NCBI RefSeq assembly: GCF_001194135.2
Contig: NC_068989.1
Coordinates: forward strand, 7,069,955 to 7,133,954
DNA: 64,000 nucleotides
Direction of reading: 5' to 3'
Source of the DNA: Octopus bimaculoides
Lineage: Eukaryota
How positions within the stretch are numbered: the stretch's first letter is position 1; each line of letters opens with the position of its first letter. Below, piece after piece: positions 13,077-25,181 of the stretch. The notes below the pieces were generated by a model, which ran no database searches, had not been told where the DNA came from, and saw nothing but the letters and a program-made list of their open reading frames with translations. Position numbers and translations under genes: made by a program.

Positions 13077-13756
13077 AATAGATTATTTTAAAGTGTTTCT
13101 TAAAGGTAACACCATCGTAAAATAATGTAAGTCACATATCCGGCGTGGCAGAGGGGTAGGTATAAATGAGATCATGTGGCCTCTCACATAGCTGCCGACG
13201 CAGCAGAAGCAATTCTGCGTAAGTCTGTAATAAGAGACTGTGGCATCTCAGCTTCTTTTTAATATTCTATTATTAGTAATAACTATTGTGCCTAGCAGAT
13301 TTATGCTCATTCAGTTCCCTAGACTACGATACTCGGTCTTCTGTTTATGACACAAGGCAATTTTTTTTTATTCATTTGAAAACCAAAAGGTGCGTCGTAA
13401 AAACGCTGGTAAATACGATAACTCATGACAGTAACCATAGAGATACAGCCATCCAGCAATGAGACCTCATTAACACACGTGAAGTGAACACCAGCAGATA
13501 ATTAGTGCTCGGCAATAAAATTAATAATTCTTAGAAACCTCACCCTCAGCACTGACAAAACTGTTAATTCAATATCTGTATAGTTAAGAAGTCTACTTGG
13601 CAATCTTGTGATTCTAGTTTGAACGCCACAGCAGAGTACCTTAAGCAAGTGTCTTCTACCATAGTCTGGGACTGACAAATAATTAGTTTATGAGGAATTA
13701 GGTAGATGGAAAAAGGTGCAGAATACTGTTATTGTTATTATCTTTATTATTAAGAA

Positions 13757-14140
13757 GACGGCGAGCTGGCAAAATCGTTAGCACGCCGGATAAAATGCTT
13801 AGCGGTATTTCGTCTGCCGCTACGTTCTGAGTTCAAATTCCGCCGAGGTCGACTTTCCCTTTTATCCTTTCAGGGGTTGATAAAATAAGTACCAGTTACG
13901 CACTGGGTCGATATAATCGACTTAATCCGTTTGTCTGTCCCCGCTGTGTGTAGCCCCTTGTGGGCAGTAAAGAAATAAGAATCGTCAGCACGCCGGGCGA
14001 AATGCTTAGTGGTATTTCGCCTGTCGTTACGTTCTGAGTTCAAATTCCACCGAGGTCGACTTTGCCTTTCATCCTTTCAGGGTTGATAAAATAAGTATCA
14101 ATCAAGTACTTAGGTCGATGTAATTGACTTCCCCTCAAAA
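13757..14140 (+). mobile_element. Two tandem SINE family B copies
   Basis: The head recurs at about 13757 and 13979. Confidence 0.9.
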
Positions 14141-14644
14141 ACTGCTTCCCATCCACATGGCTTTGAGCTCAGTCCCCCTGTATGACATCTTTAGCAAGAC
14201 TCTTCTGTTGACCAGAGCTAAGCTGAGTGCATTTGGGAGAAGAAAACTTAAAGAAGCTTGTCGCCTATGTACGAGTGTTGACAGTGCGTGCGTGTTTGTT
14301 TTCGTCTCTTGACATTGCGTGATTATTTGTTGTAAAATTTCCACGAAATAGCTAACATCATGAAGACATTCCCACGTACAAGCAAACATCAAGACACTCC
14401 TACATTTTGGCAAACAAGACACACCCACACACAAACAACAGAGACCCGCCTACATATTGGCAAGCACAACATACATGCAAACATCATAGAGACACTCCCA
14501 CATACACGTAACAGCATGACACTCCCACACACAGCCACAAACCAATAATCCTTACCCCAACACTTACACAAACTAGCAAACTTTATCACAACAAAACATT
14601 CCTATTTTAAAAGGGGCAAACACGTTAGAAATCACGCCCACCAA

Positions 14645-15040
14645 TACTCTTTTACTTGTTTTAGTCATTTGACTGCGGCCATGCTGGAGCACCGCCTTTA
14701 GTCGAGAAAATCGACCCCAGGACTTATTCTTTTTAAGCCTAGTACTTATTATATCGCTCCCTTTTTGCCGAACCGCTAAGTTACGGGGACGTAAACACAC
14801 CAGCATCGGTTGTCAAGCAATGTTGGGGGGACAAACACAAACACATACACACATATATATATATATATATATACATATATACGACGGGCTTCTTTCAGTT
14901 TCCGTCTACCAAATCCACTCACAAGGCCTTGGTCGGCCCGAGGCTATAGTAGAAGACACTTGCCCAAGGTGTCACGCTGTGGGACTGAACCCGGAACCAT
15001 GTAGTTAGTAAGCAAGCTACTTACCATACAGCCACTCCTA
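14645..15040 (-). mobile_element. SINE family A, full length
   Basis: Same consensus. Confidence 0.92.
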
Positions 15041-15052
15041 CATATAAATTTT

Positions 15053-15136
15053 TGTCAGGAGTGGGATACGAACCCACGGCGGGAAGACCCGACTGCGACC
15101 TGAACGCAGCGCCTTAGACCGCTCGGACATCCTGAC
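15053..15136 (-). tRNA. tRNA-Leu(CAG), probably a retroposed pseudogene
   Basis: GTCAGGATGTCCGAGCGGTCTAAGGCGCTGCGTTCAGGTCGCAGTCGGGTCTTCCCGCCGTGGGTTCGTATCCCACTCCTGACA: 7-bp acceptor stem, CTGCG/CGCAG anticodon stem with CAG, paired long variable arm. G10>T and A58>T damage the A and B boxes, and no T-run terminator follows. Confidence 0.85.
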
Positions 15137-15259
15137 AGATTTTTGTCAGCAGCCATGTGTATATATTTACTGGAGTTTTTTTTAAAGGTCTCGACCCTTC
15201 AAGCATGCTGGGGATAGGTGGTTTTCGCCTTTGCTCCCTTAAAATAATTATATACATAT

Positions 15260-15558
15260 TTTTTTACTTGCTTCAATCATTTGACTGCGGCCATGCTGGA
15301 GCACCGCCTTTAGTCGAGCAAATTGGTAACTTTTGTCGAACCGCTAAGTTACAGGGACATAAACACACCAGCATCGGTTGTCAAGTGATGTTGGGGGGAC
15401 AAACACACACATATATAAATACACATATACGACGGGATTCTTTCAATTTCCGTCAACCAAATCCACTCACAGGGCTTTGATCAGCCCAAGGCTATAGTAG
15501 AAGACACGCAATGGGACTAAACCTGGAACCATGTGGTTGATGAGCAAGCTACTCACCA
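15260..15558 (-). mobile_element. SINE family A with internal deletions
   Basis: Same consensus, missing part of the tail region. Confidence 0.88.
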
Positions 15559-15621
15559 CACAGCCACTCCTGCGCCTATATGTATATTATTATTATTATT
15601 ATTAATTTAATGTATTAACTG

Positions 15622-15765
15622 TGGAGGCGCAATGGCCCAGTGGTTAGGGCAGCGGACTCGCAGTCATAGGATCGTGGTTTCAATTCCCAGACCGGGCGTT
15701 TTGAGTGTTTATTGAGCGAAAACACCTAAAGCTCCACAAGGCTCTGGCAGGGGATGGTGGTAGTA
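15622..15765 (+). mobile_element. SINE family C 5' half
   Basis: Same head as the 10597 copy. Confidence 0.88.
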
Positions 15766-16840
15766 CTGGCAACGGCCACGCTCAAAATGGTGTATTTTAT
15801 GTGCCAGCTGCACAGGAGCCAGTCCAGCGGCACTGGCAAGGATCTCGCTCAAATGTCTTTTCACGTGCCACCGGCACAAGTGCCAGGAAGGCGACGGAGC
15901 TTCATTTTCATACAAGCGACGTTGTTTGTTTCCGTCTTCCACGAAAATCATGTCTGCTCATGAGGAAATATTATTTTGCTTGGAAACAGGTGAGGGCTGC
16001 AGAAAATCTGCCTCAACAAACTGAGTCCGACCTAAGCAAGCATGCAAAAGTGGATATTAAATAATGATGATGATGATGATAACATGTATGTATATTTGTG
16101 TGTATCCTTATCTTGACGTCATGTGATAGTTGTAAATGAGCCTCACCGTCACACGAATGGTGTTGTTCGTTTCCAGTCTTCTGTGAAAAACATGAGGAAA
16201 TATAACCTCACTTGCAAACAAATGAGGGTTGGTGACAGAAAGGGCATCCCGCTGTAGAATACCTGCCTCGACAAATTCCGTTTGATCCATGCAACAGTAG
16301 ACAAACACGTGCCAGCACCACGTTCCAAGCACCCACGCTGGTGCCACTTAAAAAACACCCAGTACACTCTGTAAAGTGGTTGACCTCAGGAAAGTCATCC
16401 AGTCACAGAAATCTTGCTAAAACAGATGACTGGAACATGGTGCATTCCTCCAACTCGCCAGCGCCTGTCAAACCATTTGATCCATGCCAGTATGGGAAAC
16501 GGACAGTAAATCATGATCATGATGATGATGATGAAAGAAGAAAAAGAAACAAAGCAAAGTTGATTTAGTTTTATCAGAATTTCATTAGTTTTCTTTTCTT
16601 TTCTTTCATATTACAGTATATTGTTTAATTCGTTTTGTGGTTAGAAACCTCAATATAATTACGGATGTAAGCACGTCACAGCTGGCTAAGAACGGGTAAA
16701 AGTGGTGCCAGACAAATGGCTTTTTGTTTATAAAAAAAAAAAAACGATCAAATAAAAAATCTGCCTCAATAAAATTTAGTCCGACCCATGCAAGCATGGT
16801 AAAGTAGTGTTTAAAAATGAAGAGATGATGGTGATGATAA
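15765..16840 (+). mobile_element. Cluster of family D retroposon pieces (GTGCCAC..AAAAAGCAC repeats, RTE-like tail, (GAT)n end)
   Basis: Tails ending CATGCAAGCATGG...TGATGATGATG at about 16080, 16535 and 16835. Confidence 0.75.
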
Positions 16841-17278
16841 AATAAATTAAAACTCTTAAAAAATCATGACCAGAACAGATAAATAAGTTTTGTACATTGA
16901 TGTAAAAATAACAGGATGGAAAAATAAATGGCAAATGTTTAAGTAAACATTTTGAAAAAAAAAAAAAAAAAAAGNNNNNNNNNNNNNNNNNNNNNNAAAA
17001 AAAAAAAAAAAAAAAAAGGCAGTGAAAAAGTATAGCATCGTTTAGAAAGGAAAAACAAACCACCAAATGCATACATACACAATACACACACATATATATA
17101 TATGTATGTATATATATATATATATATATATATTAGAGGAAAGTGCTAACTGGGAAGCCTTCTACAGATCCCTGGCGCTAGCCTCAGTTGTGAACTTGGA
17201 ACCTAACAGATGACCAATTATAGCGCTTACTCAGCATACCTATTCGTTTAGATCACCAGTGAACTAAACCCCTCATAT

Positions 17279-17318
<40 letters not shown>

Positions 17319-17544
17319 GCACAACTAGAAACTAGATCCTTTGTTGGTTCTGGTAATTCCAGATATTCAGTCAACTAAACTGCCTATTAAATGATTTACA
17401 GAGAAAGTGGTTGAGTATTCCATAGTGTATACCATTAATATAATCCTCAGATAGAATTATAACAGAGTACAATGCACAACAAAGCTTACCCTTCGATGTA
17501 CAGGCATAATCCATTCAAAATACCTTCACAGATTACCTAATCTG

Positions 17545-17850
17545 CCTTAGTGGTTAGAGGTATTTGGTTCATAATCGTAAGGTCTCGAGTTCGATTCTCA
17601 GTGGTGCATGATGTCCTTGGGCAAGACACTTTATCTCTCATTGCCGCAGTCTACTCAGCTGGTGAAAATGTGTTGTACCTTTATTTCAAAGGGCCAGCCA
17701 TTTCACATTGTGTCACACTGAATCTCCCTGAGAACTACATTAAGGGTACACGTTTGAGAAGTGCCCAGTCTCTTGCATGTTCATTTCATGAGCAGACTGT
17801 TCCGTTGACCAAAATCAACTGGGATCATGTTGCCTTAACTGACACAGTGC
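17545..17850 (+). mobile_element. tRNA-derived SINE with a CORE-like centre and the family C tail
   Basis: CCTTGGGCAAGACACTT...CAGTCTACTCAGCTGG then TTTCAAAGGGCCAGCC...GAGAACTACATTAAGGGTACACG. Confidence 0.8.
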
Positions 17851-18389
17851 CAATTCTTTAAAAAATTTCCTTCAATAAATCTTGGGTCAATCATTCACAA
17901 AATTTGAATGAATTTCATTCACAAGACTTTGGTAAAAGACACACAAAATTCCAGCCAGGGCTTCACGATAGTCAAATGAACTCCTTAACCATCGGCCATG
18001 CCTGGTGCACACACACACAACATACACATGGTCTAAATTTTGTTTTAAAGCTTAATCTTGTAGAGTCAATGCAGCCTAGGAGACAAAGCAACACAGACTT
18101 CAGTGCCTGGCCCAGATGGCACAATAACAGCCCTTGCAATCAATGAGAACACAAAAGCCATCAACTGGAAGCCCAATTCAATACTACAATCAGCTATTTC
18201 AAGTCTACTATGTTTGTTTTTTTCTTCATTGGATGAAAAATGAAAATATATTTAGAAATATTTTCAACTAGACACAGCTGTTATCGGTAGTGGTTATGGC
18301 TTTTTGTAGAGAGAAACAAAATGTATTAGTGACTATCCACCCACCATCTAAAAACTATTAATTAATAAACAACAAGATTATCTTGTGCT

Positions 18390-18727
18390 TTCTGCATTTC
18401 AGCCAGCTGTTTCCAGCTCAAATATTCTACCTGTTTTCACATTCAAACTGGCCAGATCCTGCTTCTCACACCTACACTACAATGCTATTCTGTTACTGAC
18501 ATTTCTTCCTTTTGCGTTTCAGCCAGCTTTATATATCTGGCCCAAATATTCGACCTGCTTTTACATTCAAACTGGCCAGATCCTGCTTCTCACACCTACC
18601 CTTCAATGTCAATCTAAAGATAAGCAATCATATCTTTGAAATCTCAAAGCAACAAGATTGATTCAAAACAATGTGAATAAATAAGCATTACATTGGATAG
18701 AGTAATCTGAATACTAAAGGGTATAAG
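18390..18727. mobile_element. piggyBac-like non-autonomous element remnant with an internal ~120-bp tandem duplication
   Basis: Two copies of TTTCAGCCAGC...CATTCAAACTGGCCAGATCCTGCTTCTCACACCTAC; right end AATCTGAATACTAAAGGG-TATAA. Confidence 0.4.
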
Positions 18728-18967
18728 CAATCTTTATTTACAGACTCTCTTACCGGTTTCACTCATTGGATTACAACCTTGTGAAGGTAACACTGAAAGG
18801 TTTTCCAATCACTAACATCGACTCCAGAACTTACTTCAAACTAATACATATTGCATTGACCTCTAGTTATCGAATGGTTTAAGTTTTATCTTTAGCTGTA
18901 ATGGGATCCAACTCAACACACCATTCTATACCACTATACACATATACACATAGACATATAATATATA

Positions 18968-19135
18968 TATGATGGGCTTCAGCACAGTTTCTGTCTACCG
19001 AATTTTATTCACAAGGTATTGGTGAATCCATTGCTAGAGAAGAAGACACTTGCCCAAAGTGCTGTGCAGTGGAATTGAAACCTAGAACAATGTGATTTTG
19101 AAGTGAACTCCAAAACCACTAGGCTATTGCTGCAT
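18968..19135 (-). mobile_element. SINE family A 5' half, just downstream of the gene stop codon
   Basis: GATGGGCTTC...GAAGACACTTGCCCAAAG...GGAATTGAAACC. Confidence 0.7.
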
Positions 19136-19202
19136 CTTCGTATGTTTTTTGTTGTTGTTGTTGTTTTTTGTTTCGGGGGTTTTTTGGGTTTTTTTTCAAA
19201 AA

Positions 19203-19597
19203 TTATCTTTTATTTTGCAGCAGAAAGTCCATTTTAAGTTTGATGTATTCTGATTTGAGTTTAATCAAGCCCATACGTGCTTTGTGTTCTACATTGATCA
19301 GTTTCCGTTCCAACCGGATGTTTTTCATTTTCTCCGCATGTTCTGTCTTGCGGAGGTCGTCGAGCAGCATGTCATGATCGTTGACCTTCTCGACGAGGAC
19401 CGGCTCGATTGCTGGCATCTGACCGCCATTTTCACTGTGAGCCGAGACGATGAGTGGGCCCGATTGAGAAGCTGCTGGTACGCCATTTAAATCACTGATA
19501 TCACTGGAGTAGTTGATGGACGGAGTGAAGTTCACAGAATTGTTGTTCACAATTTGGTTGGAGAAACTGGACTGCGAGTGTAAAACCTTACCAAAAC
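19203..19597 (-). CDS. Terminal coding exon of the Myb/SANT-like gene (C-terminal coiled-coil-like segment)
   Basis: Acceptor TTTTTCTTTTCAG|GT at 19598/19597, phase 1, joins as ...DSIR-G-FGKVLH. Ends LLDDLRKTEHAEKMKNIRLERKLINVEHKARMGLIKLKSEYIKLKMDFLLQNKR-TAA. From ATG 31566 the spliced CDS is 1929 nt (642 aa). Confidence 0.8.
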
Positions 19598-20974
19598 CTG
19601 AAAAGAAAAACAGGAAAGGAAACATTAATATACTTCATTTTTGTATTTGGTTCGCAAGATTCTTAATGTGAAATGGTGTAAAGAATAAAAAGTTTAGAAT
19701 GGTATAACAACGCACTATAGAACAAAAAATGGACTATGTACCTGTTGTAACTTGAAATTTCGGAATTACAGTTCCTTCTTCAGATCTTATTTCTTGGAGT
19801 GACCCTAAACTGCATCCTGGTTTGGGGGATCCAGGGTTTTGAGAAATGTGGAACACCCAGTTTGCCACTGTTGTACTCAGGTCTGCTCTGACCTGGAGAA
19901 GCAGCACGTGTCAGGGCCCTAGTTATGGGTTAATTTGCATGTTTTAGCAGAAACTCCAAGCACAAACCCCCACTGCTTTGTGAGTGCCATGGAAAAGGAA
20001 AAGGATAGTGGAATCATTTTCGACAGCAAATCAAAAAATGGAGGCTTTCAGGTAGTCCAGTGCCTTCTTTGAGATTCTTCTGACAACTCCAGGGAGGTAG
20101 AACTCCCCAGCCTTGTAAGATCATTCACCTTGGAAAAGACACATGTAAAACCTAAAGCTTGCTGGTCACCACAGCCATCTTAGCTCACTAAGTCACTGTG
20201 GTCAAACTTCCAAACCTAATGAGAGAGATCAGATTGTACGGACTGACCTTCACTTTTAAACTACTCAGTGCAGGCAGGAAGAAGAGCCTACTGCATCTTC
20301 TGACATAAAGAAACTGCTACCACCCTCAGTTGTGGGGTTCGGCACTGAGAAAAAACTACAGGCAGAAAAACTGATGTGAAAAATCATGAAGAAAGGAAGC
20401 TTTGAACCAGGCAGCAAATTCTACTGTGTGGATGGGGTATTTACTGGGTCTCTGACCACAGCTTCTCTTTATAGTAGCCCCAGAATATTTCTCTCAACAA
20501 AAATTAAATTATATGAAATATAGCCATCTATGTATCTTACTTAATGTCTATACACATTTGCTAGGCCAGTTACCGTGGGATTTGCCCTAAAATAACATCT
20601 CTTATGGACGTACTGTGCTAAAAAACACATGATGTACCAGAGTGGCAGTCAAATCTCTTCAAATCACACAACCAGCATCCTTATGAAAAAAAAAATTGTT
20701 CAATCCACCACCTTCTTATTTTAAGATGGTAGGGTATGCCTTAAGAGAAATTTGGCTGCTATTTCTAGCAGGTTCAGTGACTGCATAGTGAGGCTTCCCC
20801 AATCTGCCCTGAAATTTTATTTTTTTAATATCTTAGTCAAGGAGGAATGTAGGGTCTTAAGACTGTTTTGGGGAAGTTTTATTTAATATTTCCTGTATCA
20901 GGAGCAATGAATCCTCATCTAGCCAAGTGACTGACTACAAGTGTACTTAGCATTAGAAAATCATTCGAGCAAGG

Positions 20975-21260
20975 TTGTTGGCAGTGCCGCTGGACTGGCT
21001 CCCATGCAGGTGGCACGTAAAAAACACCCTTTTGAACGTGGCCGTTGCCAGTACCGTGTGGCTGGCCCTCGTGCAGGTGGCACGTAAAAGCAGCCACTAC
21101 ACTCTTGGAGTGGTTGGCGTTAGGAAGGGCATCCAGCTGTAGAAACTCTGCCAGATCAGATTGGAGCCTGGTGCAGCCTACTGGCTTGCCAGTCCTCAGT
21201 CAAATCGTCCAACCCATGCTAGCATGGAAAGCAGACGTTAAACGACGATGATGATGATGA
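20975..21260 (+). mobile_element. Family D retroposon (intronic)
   Basis: GAGTGGTTGGCGTTAGGAAGGGCATCCAGCTGTAGAAAC ... GACGTTAAACGACGATGATG. Confidence 0.88.
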
Positions 21261-21495
21261 TATATAAATATATATATATATATTCATATAAACAAGGATA
21301 AAAATCATGTAAATGGTAATATCAAGTGACCAACATGCTATAAAACCTTGTGGTTAAATTATGCTAAAATAATAATTATATAAGGGAACAGGAAAAAATC
21401 CTGCCCCAACATGTAAAAATACACCAAAAAGCATTATAAACCACCTGAAGCTCAAGCAAAAATATTATATCTATATATATATATANNNNNNNNNN

Positions 21496-21531
<36 letters not shown>

Positions 21532-21534
<3 letters not shown>

Positions 21535-21785
21535 TCATCATCATTATCATTTAACATCCATTTTCCATGCTGGCATGGGTTGGATGGTTTGAGTGAGGTC
21601 TGGAAAGCCAACGGCTGCACCAGGCACGAATCTGATCTGGCAATGTTTCTACAGCTGGATGCCCTTCCTAATGCCAACCACTCCGAGAGCATAGTGGGTA
21701 CTGCTCAATGTACCACCAGCACAGGAGCCAGTCAGGCGGGCCTGGCATCGATCATGTTTGGATAGTGCTGTTTATATGCCACTGG
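21532..21785 (-). mobile_element. Family D retroposon (intronic, inverted relative to the previous copy)
   Basis: CATCATC..TTTAACATCCATTTTCCATGC ... GCCCTTCCTAATGCCAACCAC. Confidence 0.88.
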
Positions 21786-21882
21786 CATGGGAGCCAGTCA
21801 GGGGACAATATATATATGGGACAGGCTACAGTAGAAGACGTTTGCCCAAGATGCCATGTAGTGGGACTCTGTATAGAACCTT

Positions 21883-22287
21883 TTAATTGTATCAGTCATT
21901 GGACTGCAGCCACACGGGTGGGGAGGGGTGTACCACCACCTTTCCAGGTGACACCCCTGCATGGATCAAACAAATCAAGAACAGCACTTATTTTAAGTAC
22001 GGTGCTTGTCCTAGTGGTCTTTTTTTTTTTGTCAAGCCTCTAAATTTGGGGGATGCAAACAAACCAGCATCAGTTGTCATGTGATGCTAGAGAAGAAACA
22101 CACATACACATAGCGAAAACCAACAACAAACTTCAACGAAGTTTCCATCTCCCAAGTCCACTCAAAAGCCTTGGTTGGCCTGAGGCCTAGGTAGAAGATA
22201 CTTGCCCAAGGTGTCCAGCAGTGGGACTAAACCTGAATCCACGTGATTGCAAAACAAGTCCCTTGACCACACAGCCATGCCTGTGCC
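21883..22287 (-). mobile_element. SINE family A, diverged (intronic)
   Basis: CAGTCATTGGACTGCAGCCA ... GGGACTAAACCTGAA ... CACAGCCATGCC. Confidence 0.75.
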
Positions 22288-22904
22288 TACCGTTACTGGT
22301 AATTATTTTATTAGTGTTTGGCCAAATGAGAGGTCAGGTGAACTGCAGCAAAATTTGAACTCAGAATGCAAAGGGGCATAACTAAATACTGCAAATTATT
22401 TCTAGGTGCTTTACCAACGACTGCTCAGTGAGGCCTCTTAAAACTGAATATAACTATCTTATCCTCATTTATCACTGATTCATTCATCACTGATTCAGAT
22501 AAGCTCAACCATGAACCACCTTATGTTGATCATGGATCATTCTGAGATAAAAAGGGTCAGCAATCAGTCAAAGTTTTTGTTTGGACCACAAAAATGTACT
22601 CCAGTGACCTTCCATAATGCTCTGCTACCCAGCCAGCACTGGCTATCATTTCTATTTATATGACCATACTGTGAATGTGCACCCTTTTTTTATATGGATT
22701 AACATACTCGTACCTGTCAACATGCCATCAGGGAATAGAAAAAATACTTTTCACTGTTATACTTTTAATATTTATAGATCGCACGTGATTAAATTTTAAC
22801 CCGAATATAATTTCAATCCATAAAGGGTATCATTATGCATGTTTGAAAACCATCTGGAGGTGTTACTTGCATAAGAGAAGGGTCGGCTTCAAGTTTTCTT
22901 ATGT

Positions 22905-23150
22905 GGTTCGGCACCATGTAAAAAGCACCTGTGCTGGCGTCACGGGAAAAAATAACCGTGCTGGTGCCATGCAAAAAGCTCCCAAGCTGGTACCACATAA
23001 AGTGGTTAGTTTTAAGAAAAGCATCCAGTTCTGGAAACCATGCCAAAACAGACAATTGGAACCTGGTGCAGCTCACCACCTCCTGTCAAACCATCCAACT
23101 CATGCCAACATGGAAAACGGAGGCTGAGTGACGATGATGATGATGATGAT
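22905..23150 (+). mobile_element. Family D retroposon, diverged
   Basis: AAAAAGCACC repeats; CATGCCAACATGGAAAACGG..GATGATG. Confidence 0.8.
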
Positions 23151-24149
23151 GGTGAGGCATTATAACTAAGTCATTTGACATGCTATCTTTGGGAACCAAA
23201 CACCTGTGACAAAAAGGGATAAATGTAGTAATGAGGCACACATTTAGCAGAAGGAGTAAATATTCAATTGAACTTACAATTATCTGAATGACCCACAGAA
23301 GGATGAAAGGTAAAACTGACCCCTGGCAAGATTTGATCTCACTGTTTTAAAGGGATATAATTAAATGCTGAGAAATTTTGTCTGTACCAGTGGTTTCTGC
23401 TAGCAATAAGGTAATTAAAAAAACAAAAAAAACAATTCAGAGCTTACTTTGTCACATGTACTCACCCTATTACTACCCAGCCATTCCTNNNNNNNNNNNN
23501 NNNNNNNNNNNNNNNNNNNNNNNNNNNNNNNNNNNNNNNNNNNNNNNNNNNNNNNNNNNNNNNNNNNNNNNNNNNNNNNNNNNNNNNNNNNNNNNNNNNN
23601 NNNNNNNNNNNNNNNNNNNNNNNNNNNNNNNNNNNNNNNNNNNNNNNNNNNNNNNNNNNNNNNNNNNNNNNNNNNNNNNNNNNNNNNNNNNNNNNNNNNN
23701 NNNNNNNNNNNNNNNNNNNNNNNNNNNNNNNNNNNNNNNNNNNNNNNNNNNNNNNNNNNNNNNNNNNNNNNNNNNNNNNNNNNNNNNNNNNNNNNNNNNN
23801 NNNNNNNNNNNNNNNNNNNNNNNNNNNNNNNNNNNNNNNNNNNNNNNNNNNNNNNNNNNNNNNNNNNNNNNNNNNNNNNNNNNNNNNNNNNNNNNNNNNN
23901 NNNNNNNNNNNNNNNNNNNNNNNNNNNNNNNNNNNNNNNNNNNNNNNNNNNNNNNNNNNNNNNNNNNNNNNNNNNNNNNNNNNNNNNNNNNNNNNNNNNN
24001 NNNNNNNNNNNNNNNNNNNNNNNNNNNNNNNNNNNNNNNNNNNNNNNNNNNNNNNNNNNNNNNNNNNNNNNNNNNNNNNNNNNNNNNNNNNNNNNNNNNN
24101 NNNNNNNNNNNNNNNNNNNNNNNNNNNNNNNNNNNNNNNNNNNNNNNNN

Positions 24150-24659
24150 TGGTATGACCACAAACCTGAAGGCATCTTCAAAAATAAAAATGCAAAGATC
24201 CTGTGGGATTCTACGATTCAGTGCAACCATGAGATAGAGAATAGGAAGCCAGACATAGTCTTAATTGAGAAAGAAACCAAGCTATGCTGGATCATAGATA
24301 TAGCATACCCAGTTGACAACAGGGTATGCGATAAGGAAGAAAGAAAAGTTGAGAGATATAACTGGTTAGCTTGAGAAGTTAAGCAGTTGTCGTCGATGAA
24401 AAAGGTAGCAGTAGTACCAATAATTGTCGGAGTCCTGGGAACTGAGCAAAAATCTTGAGAAGTACATGGAACAAATAGGAGCTGCAATAAGGGTGGAGCA
24501 CTTGCAGAAAACAGCACTGCTTGGAACCGCTCGAATACTCCGGAAAGTGCTCGAAAAATAAGAGGTGTTACCTTAGTTCACTGGTAGTGAACAGCTGACA
24601 CCGTAATACATCTCCAGCATTAGAAGCTGTGCAAAGGCAATGATAATAATAATAATAAT
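24150..24659 (+). mobile_element. 3' end of an R4/Dong-clade non-LTR retrotransposon (restriction-like endonuclease domain, 3' UTR, (TAA)n tail)
   Basis: WYDHKPE..ILWD..IQCNHEIENRKPDIVLIEKETKLCWIIDIAYP...LQKTALLGTARILRKVLEK-TAA (PD..D motif), one stop and one frameshift; ends in TAATAATAATAATAAT. The 5' part lies in an N gap. Confidence 0.85.
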
Positions 24660-24860
24660 CCTTTCTACTGCAGGCACAAGGCTTCAAATTTGTGGGGTGG
24701 GAACTAGTCAACCCCAGTGTTTCACTGGTACTTAATTTATCAACCCCGTAAGGATGAAAAGGCAAAGTCGACCTTGTCGGAATTTGAACTCAGAACATAG
24801 CAACAGGCGAAATACTGCTAAGCACTCCATCCAGTGTGCTAACGGTTCTGCCAACTCACC
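24660..24860 (-). mobile_element. SINE family B
   Basis: GGCAAAGTCGACCTTGTCGGAATTTGAACTCAGAAC. Confidence 0.85.
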
Positions 24861-24871
24861 AATGCAATAAA

Positions 24872-25170
24872 CATGGAGGTTATAGATATGATGCACAGGT
24901 TCAAGAGGATCGAGGCTCTGGAAAGTTCTGTGACGCATACGACCCGACCATTGGCAACAATAACTTCAGCAAGCCAACCAGCTACATGTTCCACTGCTAC
25001 ATGGGTGAAGAAGCAAGTCAGACAGATGTCATACTCACTAAATTCTTACCCAGTGAAGAATGTACTGCTCAACATAGATCAGATTAGAGACATCAAGATA
25101 AGACCAAGACACACTCAGACACATGAGGGTAATCTACAGAAAGAAGATATGGAAACTGAAGGATCCTTTG
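24872..25170 (+). mobile_element. RTE-clade LINE apurinic endonuclease fragment
   Basis: HGGYRY...FCDAYDPTIGNNNFSKP...ASQTDVILTK..LPSEECTAQHR, then KIWKLKDP, resembling the RTE APE C-terminal motifs. Confidence 0.65.
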
Positions 25171-25181
25171 GACATCATCAT

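Noticed and set aside
19800-20460. Complex intronic sequence possibly from an L1/Tx1 LINE
   Set aside because: No diagnostic motif could be read with confidence.
24940-24975. FCDAYDPTI resembling the Ras effector loop (FVDEYDPTI)
   Set aside because: No P-loop or other G-boxes; the flanking residues fit an RTE endonuclease.
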